This document shows, piece after piece, positions 1 to 7,509 of a DNA stretch of 32,000 nucleotides. The notes beneath the pieces were generated by a model. It worked only from the letters and a program-made list of their open reading frames with translations. It ran no database searches and was not told the origin of the DNA. The translations under genes and the position numbers were made by a program. This DNA is from Nitrosospira multiformis ATCC 25196 (GTDB lineage Bacteria > Pseudomonadota > Gammaproteobacteria > Burkholderiales > Nitrosomonadaceae). Each line of letters starts with the position of its first letter. Position 1 is the stretch's first letter. The stretch covers positions 450,001-482,000 of the forward strand of contig NC_007614.1 of assembly GCF_000196355.1 (NCBI RefSeq), in the 5' to 3' direction.

Positions 1-1
1 C

Positions 2-463
2 GATTGTTCCGGGACCGGAGCGACTACCACCGAAATGATCTGGACCAATGGATTGACCCAGACCTACGCGGCGGAATTGCGGCCGGAGAGAGCAGGGCGC
101 GCGCGCCAGCTCGCACAGATGAACCTGGAGGTCTATTCACGCCTGACTACCCTGGCAGTACCTGCACTGGCAGGAAAATTGATGCCCCTCCCGGATGGAA
201 GTTACGAATCTCTGATAGACGATGCAGGACGTCGGAAGTCACTTTGGCACTGGCAGCTGCGGCGTTGGCAGGGAAAAGTCCTGTCCGTGCTGCGGCTGTC
301 AAAGGCGGCTTTTACCTTTCATGACAGCATTAGCTATGCGGCCTGGAAAATCGAGCGCCACACCGGTATTCGCGTCGAGGTGACTCCTATGCTACGGCGC
401 CATCCCCTGTTGTGGGGTTTCAAAGTTTCCTGGCGCCTGCTGCGGCGTGGCGTATTACGCTGA
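2..463 (+). CDS. hypothetical protein, 3' portion of a gene that begins upstream of the window
   Basis: Frame 2 is open from base 2 (no stop before the first listed Met at 35) to TGA at 461-463. Composition is protein-like (…ISYAAWKIERHTGIRVEVTPMLRRHPLLWGF…), unlike the Arg/Pro-rich overlapping frame-1 ORF 4..324. No family could be assigned. Confidence 0.45.
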   Translation, partial: DCSGTGATTTEMIWTNGLTQTYAAELRPERAGRARQLAQMNLEVYSRLTTLAVPALAGKLMPLPDGSYESLIDDAGRRKSLWHWQLRRWQGKVLSVLRLSKAAFTFHDSISYAAWKIERHTGIRVEVTPMLRRHPLLWGFKVSWRLLRRGVLR

Positions 464-562
464 CAGTGAAGCAATCACGAGCGGAATTCGACATCAAAAG
501 CCGGGATTGAGCGCGGCACACGATATAGCGTCCGGTATGCGTAAACAATTCTTCCAGGCGGA

Positions 563-1768
563 TCATGAGTACGCTTCCGCTTCAGCGGAGTCATGTCGTA
601 TGGTTTCTCTTGATCGGAGAATCAAGTCGCATACCTCGCGAACCGCGCCGTGGCCACCCGAATATTCACACATATAATGGGCCTGCCGCACGACCAGGGG
701 GACAGCATCCGCCGGGCAGAAGGCAACGCCTACGCGGCTCAGGCATTCCAGATCGCTGAGGTCATCACCCACATACCCGATATTTTCCAGAGGAACCCCC
801 CAGCGTTTGGAAAGCTTTAGGAGGAGAGGAAATTTATCGCTTATGCCCGGGTAGTATTCGTCGATGCGCAATTTTCTCATCCTTGCTTCAACGGAAGGAC
901 TAGTCTCGGTGGTGATTACGCAAACCCCGAGGCCATGTTCACGCAACCGTTGCAAACCATGGGCGTCGCGAGTATTGAATTTTTTCAAGGCTTCGCCGGC
1001 GGGGCCGTAATACATTCCCGCATCCGTCAACGTTCCGTCCACATCGAGTACCAGAAACTTGATTCGTGACGCGCGGGCTTGGACCGACCCCCGTTCCTGC
1101 TCCCGTAAAAGACGCTCCACGATGTTCCAGCCAGCCTCTCCGGTGATCTCGATCGCAGTTTCGGGCGCCATCTCGTGAATACCCATGCGTCCACCCAGAT
1201 AATGATCGTTGTCTCGAAGTAATTTTTCATGTGTCAGATAGAAGGCGCCATTTTCCAGCAGGTATCCCTCCGGATTCGATGCATCGCATGACGCACGGGA
1301 TTTTAGCGGGTCATGACCGACGGGTTCTCCCATCCTTGTCCACAGAAACCGTCTGGACGGCGCAGCTGTCAGAAGCGAGTCAAGATTTTCCGAAAGAAAT
1401 TTGCGCTTAGCGGCACGAAAATCTTCAGCACGCGTGAGGGGCGAGGCTGCCTGTATTGAACAGACGACGTCGAAGGGGATCTTCTGCTGAAACGTGTGTA
1501 GGAGACTGGTCCAATTCTCTACGCCCGTACGGGTTGCGCCACTGCAATCGAGAATCTCGATTATCGTGTCGGCTCGCGAAAATTCTTCCACTATCCGTTT
1601 TCGAATGACAGGCGGGTCGGCAGTTACGTAAATGGTGTCGAAACATCCCGATATGACGGCCTGCTCCAAGCTCCAGGAAAATAATGGCCTTCCCGCCATG
1701 CTGCGTGCGCTGCTTCGGGAAACCGGCCCGAAATTTCCATGCAAAGGCGCGAAAGCTACCCAGCGCAT
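563..1768 (-). CDS. NeuA-like (acylneuraminate cytidylyltransferase fold) N-terminal domain fused to a KdsC-type HAD phosphatase C-terminal domain
   Basis: 401 aa with an ATG start at 1768-1766. The N-terminal ~225 aa align to CMP-sialic acid synthetases (…CFDTIYVTAD…, IQAASPL, ENGAFYL). The C-terminal ~165 aa (about nt 566-1063) carry HAD motifs: FLVLDVDGTLTD (DxDxT) and GDDLSD, with KdsC-like spacing. The start overlaps the neuB-family stop by 1 nt (TGATG). Confidence 0.8.
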   Translation of the reverse strand: MRWVAFAPLHGNFGPVSRSSARSMAGRPLFSWSLEQAVISGCFDTIYVTADPPVIRKRIVEEFSRADTIIEILDCSGATRTGVENWTSLLHTFQQKIPFDVVCSIQAASPLTRAEDFRAAKRKFLSENLDSLLTAAPSRRFLWTRMGEPVGHDPLKSRASCDASNPEGYLLENGAFYLTHEKLLRDNDHYLGGRMGIHEMAPETAIEITGEAGWNIVERLLREQERGSVQARASRIKFLVLDVDGTLTDAGMYYGPAGEALKKFNTRDAHGLQRLREHGLGVCVITTETSPSVEARMRKLRIDEYYPGISDKFPLLLKLSKRWGVPLENIGYVGDDLSDLECLSRVGVAFCPADAVPLVVRQAHYMCEYSGGHGAVREVCDLILRSRETIRHDSAEAEAYS

Positions 1769-2646
1769 CAGTTAAAGTGAACCCCTTGTACGCGCTTGAG
1801 TTTGTCGCGTTGTGCAAGCTCGATTTCCGTCATGTCTCCCTCCTTGAACTTCAGGGTCTTGCAGACATTGCGAACATCACGGACCAGCCTGCGCAATCCG
1901 TCGGGCTCCAGCGAAGCGGCATGATCGGTTCCCTTCCAGGTCCGGTCCAGCGTGAAATGACGTTCGATCCAGGATGCCCCCAGGACCACAGTCGCAATGT
2001 CGATGGCAATACCCAGGTGGTGGCCGGAAAATCCAACCTCCTTGACGCGCGAGCCGAACCTGTCCCTCAGTGACTGGATTTCCAGCAGACAGACTTGGTC
2101 GAACGGAACTGGATATCCGGATGTACATGCGTAGAGGACGACTCGACCAGCAGCACCGTGGCGTTCCATCCATTGCACGACCTGCTCCTGTTCGGCGGGA
2201 GTGGTCATGCCGACGGATATGTGAATATCCCCGGCGTAATCGGTGGCAAGATATGCCAGCATGGGGAAATTGAGGTTGCACGCCGAAGGTATCTTGATGA
2301 ACTCTGGGTTGAGGCGGGCAATCTCCTTTGCCGAAGTCAGATCCCAGACCGACGTCGAATAACCGATCCCAAACTCTTGGCACCATTGCTGCAATTGGCG
2401 GTGCTGATCCACATCAAACTCGAGGAATTCACGATGAGCGCCGTAGCTGTCGCCATAACTGTTTTGAGGATTTGGATGGTGCGCGTTATATTCCTCGGGC
2501 GTCAATAATTCCCTGTTCGAACGCTTTTGAAATTTCACGAAATCGCATTTGGCGAATGTCGCGGCGATTCCGATCATCTCTCTTGCAATTTCGATATCCC
2601 CTTTATGATTACAGCCGATTTCAGCAATGACTCGTGGTGTCTTCAT
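1768..2646 (-). CDS. neuB: NeuB-family sugar-acid synthase (PEP-condensing nonulosonate synthase type), TIM-barrel only with no C-terminal SAF/antifreeze-like domain
   Basis: 292 aa with an ATG start at 2646-2644. Family signatures: VIAEIGCNHKGDIEIAREMI, DFVKFQKR, FIKIPSACNLNFPML, HISVGMTT, GFSGHHLGIAID, IERHFTLDR. The protein ends about 20 aa after the barrel (…KLKRVQGVHFN*), where full-length NeuB/PseI/LegI have a ~60-aa SAF domain. Confidence 0.88.
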   Translation of the reverse strand: MKTPRVIAEIGCNHKGDIEIAREMIGIAATFAKCDFVKFQKRSNRELLTPEEYNAHHPNPQNSYGDSYGAHREFLEFDVDQHRQLQQWCQEFGIGYSTSVWDLTSAKEIARLNPEFIKIPSACNLNFPMLAYLATDYAGDIHISVGMTTPAEQEQVVQWMERHGAAGRVVLYACTSGYPVPFDQVCLLEIQSLRDRFGSRVKEVGFSGHHLGIAIDIATVVLGASWIERHFTLDRTWKGTDHAASLEPDGLRRLVRDVRNVCKTLKFKEGDMTEIELAQRDKLKRVQGVHFN

Positions 2647-2772
2647 AAAAATGCGATCAAACCCCTGAATAAAAGAAAATGAATATGACTCCAGCCCACC
2701 GTTTGCGAACCCTCCACTATAGCAAAGCTTTCTGAAAAGGAAGATCTGGAATCATTTTGGACTCTATGGCTG

Positions 2773-4173
2773 CTACCCATTGATCCTGAACAGATGCTTG
2801 GAGTGCTGTTTGACCCGGATGGCACCGAACCGATTCAATAAGCGGCCAAATCGCGCAATTTTCTGCTCGATCTGCGCGACCGAAATCTCGGGAAACCGAT
2901 GGTCATGGTAGGATAACCGGTTGGGTCCGGGCCGACGCATGTTCAGGCTGGTTAATGCGGTTTTCAGGTTGGTAAGTGCCCATCCGCCGATGTACGTCCC
3001 GGCAGGACTCGCCGGCGGCTGGGTCCTGCCATAGCCGCTGTCTTCCAGAACATCGACGATGCGTTCGCACGCCAGGCGACCATTTTGCGCCGCCAGGTAA
3101 TAATCGATGAGTGTCCTGCGCTCCTCGCCCCCCGCAACGCCCAGTTCGCCATGCAGGATCCGGGATAGAGTATCCTCCAATTCATCGAAATTAAACGACT
3201 GATAACTGAGTTTGGTGGGCAGGCCCTGAAAATCATAGTCGTAGTATTCATTGAAGGTGGCTAGGTAGGAGATGGCCGGCACCCCCAAGGCATAGGCTTC
3301 CAGCCCGGTCGTGCAGCCGTTGTGCACCATCGTTTTTGAAGCCAGAAGCCAGGGAATAACATTTCCTTCATTGGTGACCTTCACACGCCGGCATTGGGCG
3401 GCGATATCGTCGTACACTTGGAAATTTTCGCTCGGATGCGGTCGTACGACGATCGTGACATCCGGGAATGCCCGTTCCAGTGCCGGAATGAGCTGCTTGA
3501 AATCCTCCAGTATGGCTTGCTTGTGATGCCACAGCCCCTCAGCGAATTCATTGCTCATGCCTATTCCGGCTTGTCCGCGCCGAGATTTTTTTCCACCATC
3601 CTTCGGGGGAATGAACAGTCCAATGCTCGGGATGAAGGGATTGACGTCGGTGAAATTGGTATTGACGAGGATGAAATCACCGTAAAGGCCGCGTAGTCTT
3701 TCCACCTCTGCTGCAAAGTAGGCACGCATTTCGGGTCTCAGAATGTCTCCTCGCGGATTACCGGTGACGTGGATAGGCATGCCTGCCGGAAGCTGTGGAT
3801 ATTGCTGAAGCAGATCGACATTTTCCTGCCCCCAGGCAAAAATATGAGAGACTTTCCTGATCGTGATGGGAGACAGCCGCAGTGTGAAATATGTGTCGGC
3901 CGGTGGGTGAACCAGCGCCTCTTCTTCCCATGCGACAATCTCGTGCCCGAGCATGCGGAGAATCCGGAACATCGAATTGCTCAGGCTGCGCATGCTTTTC
4001 GCTAGGTATACTCCACGTGGAAGTGACGCAACCTCGAAATGAATGAAGGCCCGAGAACCAATGACAACCGGAAAACCACGTTCCGCTGCCACGCAAGACA
4101 AGAGGAGTTTCGCATCCAGTTCGCGAACTTGATTTTCAACGGGAATGATGAGGGTTGACGCAGATGTTGCCAT
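2773..4173 (-). CDS. surface carbohydrate biosynthesis protein (GT-B-like; resembles the TIGR04396-type family found in nonulosonic acid loci, from memory)
   Basis: The listed ORF 2773..4206 starts at TTG. The first ATG (4173-4171) gives MATSASTLIIPVENQVRELDAKLLL…, which matches how I remember this family beginning. C-terminal Rossmann-like motifs: IVVRPHPSEN and MVHNGCTTGLEAYALGVPAISY. The start is uncertain by 33 nt. Confidence 0.72.
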   Translation of the reverse strand: MATSASTLIIPVENQVRELDAKLLLSCVAAERGFPVVIGSRAFIHFEVASLPRGVYLAKSMRSLSNSMFRILRMLGHEIVAWEEEALVHPPADTYFTLRLSPITIRKVSHIFAWGQENVDLLQQYPQLPAGMPIHVTGNPRGDILRPEMRAYFAAEVERLRGLYGDFILVNTNFTDVNPFIPSIGLFIPPKDGGKKSRRGQAGIGMSNEFAEGLWHHKQAILEDFKQLIPALERAFPDVTIVVRPHPSENFQVYDDIAAQCRRVKVTNEGNVIPWLLASKTMVHNGCTTGLEAYALGVPAISYLATFNEYYDYDFQGLPTKLSYQSFNFDELEDTLSRILHGELGVAGGEERRTLIDYYLAAQNGRLACERIVDVLEDSGYGRTQPPASPAGTYIGGWALTNLKTALTSLNMRRPGPNRLSYHDHRFPEISVAQIEQKIARFGRLLNRFGAIRVKQHSKHLFRING

Positions 4174-4547
4174 GTTTTCCAAGCTTCGGGTTAGCAAATC
4201 CAGCAACTCATTATCGCATTATCAGTCGAAGTAATCATTCACAACCGCTAACGAAGCAAGTTGGAGCATTCCGACGCGAAGACTACCCTGAACGGGTCCC
4301 GCGACTGAGGGCTTTCGGAGATCGGGAACACAAGGGATAGGGGTATAAGGGATACAAGAATATGGGTCATGATTATGACATAGGGCACGGGGAGACGTCC
4401 GGGGGGCAGTCGGGGAATCGAATTTACTCTCAAGCGATCCGAAGACAAACGGGGGTAATTATATCCAGTTCTACATTGGTTTAGGACTCACTGTCTGGAG
4501 AACCACTCGGGTATGGCATAGAGCACGGGTTTGTAAGTTCACGCTGC

Positions 4548-4576
4548 TTGACAATGACTTATCCCCAGCGCATCAT
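4548..4576 (+). promoter_or_regulatory. candidate sigma70-type promoter for the 4822-7354 operon
   Basis: TTGACA (4548-4553), a 17-nt spacer, then CATCAT (4571-4576, 4/6 match to TATAAT). It lies ~245 nt upstream of the ATG at 4822, inside a ~650-bp non-coding divergent region. Pattern match only. Confidence 0.2.
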
Positions 4577-4821
4577 TCGGGCACGCAAACTAGGCCACAA
4601 ATCAGCGGGGTCATCAAGCCTGCCGAATGAAGCAGCGCAGACTCCTGGCAGCTTGTGGACTTGAGGGAAATCGGCTGCAAAAGGATCTGGTTGGTCCATA
4701 TTTTGCCGCTCTTTTGATCAATAGAAATAGAACGACTATTGACCTGCAAAATCGTCAATTCTGTCCTCACTCAGCCAATTTTTTGCTTCGATTCTTCAAG
4801 TCCGACAGAGACTGCTGGCCG

Positions 4822-5538
4822 ATGTTGATTTATTCGCTCATTCCCGCGAGGGGAGGATCAAAAGCCGTACCCCATAAAAATATCCGGCCTTTGCGGGGAA
4901 AACCCCTGATCGCCCATTCGATTGAAGTCTCCCTCAAGTGTCCTTCCATTCGAAGGACTTTTGTCAGCACCGACTCGGAAGCCATTGCCGGGCTCGCGAG
5001 AAACGCCGGCGCCGAGGTACCCTTTCTGAGGCCTGCTGAGTTCGCGCAGGACGATACCCGGGATCTGCCGGTATTTCGGCATTTTCTCGAATGGCTGGAA
5101 CAAAACCGGGTTCCGCTTCCCGACGCCATTTTCCAATTCCGTCCGACTTCCCCCTTGCGCAGCGTTTCAAAAATAGAAGAAGCGGTTGAGCTCCTGGAAA
5201 AAAATCCCGAAGCCGATTCGGTTCGCGGGGTCACGGAGCCGGGACAGAATCCCTACAAGATGTGGACTATCGGAGCGGATGGTTTCATGCGAGCCCTATT
5301 GAACGTCCCGGGCATTCCCGAGCCCTTCAACGAGCCGAGGCAAAGCTTGCCCAAGGTCTACTGGCAAATCGGTTATTTGGATCTGATCCGTACCCGGACC
5401 ATTCTGGAAAAAAATTCGCTCACGGGCACACACATCTTGCCGCTCAAGATCGACAGCAGGGACTCGATCGATATCGATGACGAATTCTCGTTTCAACTGG
5501 CCGAGTTTCTGATGGAAAGACAGGGAAGCGTCATTTGA
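4822..5538 (+). CDS. CMP-nonulosonic acid synthetase (acylneuraminate cytidylyltransferase family, canonical)
   Basis: Start taken at ATG 4822 (MLIYSLIPARGGSKAVPHKNIRPLRGKPLI…), because homologues begin directly at this motif. The 65-aa extension from ATG 4627 has no family-like sequence. All canonical signatures are present: PARGGSKxxxxKN, FRPTSPLR, PRQSLPKVY, SIDIDDEFSFQLAE. Confidence 0.88.
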   Translation: MLIYSLIPARGGSKAVPHKNIRPLRGKPLIAHSIEVSLKCPSIRRTFVSTDSEAIAGLARNAGAEVPFLRPAEFAQDDTRDLPVFRHFLEWLEQNRVPLPDAIFQFRPTSPLRSVSKIEEAVELLEKNPEADSVRGVTEPGQNPYKMWTIGADGFMRALLNVPGIPEPFNEPRQSLPKVYWQIGYLDLIRTRTILEKNSLTGTHILPLKIDSRDSIDIDDEFSFQLAEFLMERQGSVI

Positions 5539-6521
5539 AGGCTCTGGTAGTTGGCCTTGGGTCCATTGGCGTGAGGCATCTCAACAACCTGCATGCACTC
5601 GAGGTTCGCGAACTCGGCGTGGTGCGAAGCCGGAATTTCCCACCTCCTACAGAAATCGTCCCCAAAGACATTGCCGTCTTTCAGGATATCGATCTCGCGC
5701 TCAGCCGGAAATTCGACCTTGTGGTCGTGGCCAACCCTACCTCTCTGCATCTGGAAACACTCATCAAAGCTCTCCGGGCCGGGTCCCATGTTTATGTCGA
5801 AAAGCCAGTCGCCCATGAAAAACGGCGGTTGTCCGAGCTTACGCGTTACGTTTCCCTAGATGGGCCCCGGGTTCTGGTGGGGTGCCAGTTCCGCATGCAT
5901 CCGGGGTTACGGAAAATCGAAGGGTGGATCAGGCAGGGTAAGCTCGGGAAGATTCATTCGGTGCAGGTCGACCTAGGCGAATACCTGCCTGGCTGGCATC
6001 CTTGGGAAGATTACCGGCAGAGCTATGCGGCCCGGGCGGATCAGGGCGGAGGCGTCGTGCTGACGCTTATCCACGAGCTGGATTATCTGCACTGGCTTTT
6101 TGGAAAACCCAAGAGTGTGTTTGCTATCGGAGGTCATCGAACGTCTCTCGACATTACGGCGGAAGATACTGCACTCATTACGTTCGAAACCGAGCAGGAC
6201 ATCTGCGTTCAGCTCCGGATGGATTACTGGCGCAAACCGCCTGTTCGCCACATGAACATTGTTGCGGAAAATGCCATCGTCGACTGGGATTATCCTACTC
6301 GCCTCACTACTCTGAGGCAAAACGGACAAGTCCTGGATGAGATGGTACTGGTTCCGTCCTGGGACCGGAATGAGCTGTTTCTCTCCATGATGAAAGAGTT
6401 CATTGAGGGTATTCCCCGGGGATCAATCCCGCGCGTGACTTTACGAGACGGCATCGAGGTGTTGAAAACCGCCTTAGCGGTTAAAAAATCTCTTCAAACC
6501 CATCGGAAGGTTGCGCTATGA
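5535..6521 (+). CDS. Gfo/Idh/MocA family NAD(P)-dependent oxidoreductase
   Basis: 328 aa. N-terminal Rossmann motif VVGLGSIGVRH at residues 5-15 forces the TTG start at 5535, which overlaps the upstream TGA (TTGA). The EKP motif (VYVEKPVA) is typical of the family. An AGGGAAG is present upstream. Confidence 0.85.
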   Translation: MKALVVGLGSIGVRHLNNLHALEVRELGVVRSRNFPPPTEIVPKDIAVFQDIDLALSRKFDLVVVANPTSLHLETLIKALRAGSHVYVEKPVAHEKRRLSELTRYVSLDGPRVLVGCQFRMHPGLRKIEGWIRQGKLGKIHSVQVDLGEYLPGWHPWEDYRQSYAARADQGGGVVLTLIHELDYLHWLFGKPKSVFAIGGHRTSLDITAEDTALITFETEQDICVQLRMDYWRKPPVRHMNIVAENAIVDWDYPTRLTTLRQNGQVLDEMVLVPSWDRNELFLSMMKEFIEGIPRGSIPRVTLRDGIEVLKTALAVKKSLQTHRKVAL

Positions 6522-7354
6522 ATCAAGCCTATAAAGGAACACCCTTCGACCTCTCTGGACGGGTGGTGCTCATTAGCGGCGCTACCGGACTTCTCGGCAC
6601 GGAATTCGCCCTCGCAGCCGCGTCGGCCGGTGCGAATCTGGTATTGGGGGATCTGGACGGGGGCAGGCTGGAATTACTGAAAAGTGAGATAGCATCGGCG
6701 TATCCCGACACGCAAAGCTGGGCTCAGGTGTTGGATGTTACCCGCGCGGATTCCTGTCGGTCTATAGCGCAGTCATGCGAAACCCGGTTCGGTCGCATCA
6801 ATGCCGTGGTCCACAGTGCCGCGATCGACCCGAAATTCGAGCAAGGTTCCGATACGTCGCATTTTTCAAAATTCACCGAGTTTCCGGGAGAGCTCTGGCA
6901 ATCCTCTCTTGATGTCAATTTAACCGGCGCTTTCCATCTCGCTCAGGCCACCTGCAGGGTGATGGAAAAAACGGGCAAGGGATCCATTGTTTTTCTGGGC
7001 TCAAATTACGGGCTCGTGGGTCCGGATCAGCGCATCTACAAAAAGGCAGGGCAGGAGGAACAGACCTATAAACCTGCGGTGTATTCAGTGTGCAAGGCGG
7101 GTCTGCTGGGATTGACAAAATTTCTGGCTGCCTACTATATGAACACATCCATCCGTGTAAATATGCTCACGCCCAGCGGCGTCTGGAATCAGCATGGCTC
7201 CGAATTTGTCGATAATTATTCGTCGCGAACCATACTGGGGCGCATGTCGGAAAAAAATGAATACCGGGGAGCGATCATTTTTCTGGTCTCGGATGCATCC
7301 AGTTATATGACGGGCGCAAATCTGGTCATCGATGGGGGATGGACAGCATTATGA
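6518..7354 (+). CDS. short-chain dehydrogenase/reductase (SDR) family oxidoreductase
   Basis: 278 aa. Motifs: cofactor-binding SGATGLLG, catalytic YSVCKAG (YxxxK), and NAVVHSAA. The ATG overlaps the upstream stop (ATGA at 6518-6521). Confidence 0.9.
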   Translation: MNQAYKGTPFDLSGRVVLISGATGLLGTEFALAAASAGANLVLGDLDGGRLELLKSEIASAYPDTQSWAQVLDVTRADSCRSIAQSCETRFGRINAVVHSAAIDPKFEQGSDTSHFSKFTEFPGELWQSSLDVNLTGAFHLAQATCRVMEKTGKGSIVFLGSNYGLVGPDQRIYKKAGQEEQTYKPAVYSVCKAGLLGLTKFLAAYYMNTSIRVNMLTPSGVWNQHGSEFVDNYSSRTILGRMSEKNEYRGAIIFLVSDASSYMTGANLVIDGGWTAL

Positions 7355-7509
7355 TTCCTCATCACCCCTGTGTCTGAAACTGCTCCCGGAGCAATTCACA
7401 GAATTTACCGGATCACGGATTCTCAGGACCCTGCAAGCAGAATGGAAGTTTATACTGCGGCAGGAATATGTCGGTTCATGAGAATTCCTTGCATTTTTTC
7501 CTCCTCGCG

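Noticed and set aside
4627-4821. 65-codon N-terminal extension of the cytidylyltransferase from ATG 4627
   Set aside because: Family members begin directly at the beta1-PARGGSK motif, which here follows ATG 4822. The extension (MKQRRLLAACGLEGNRLQKD…) has no resemblance to any domain and lies in the long divergent promoter region. A leader peptide cannot be strictly excluded.
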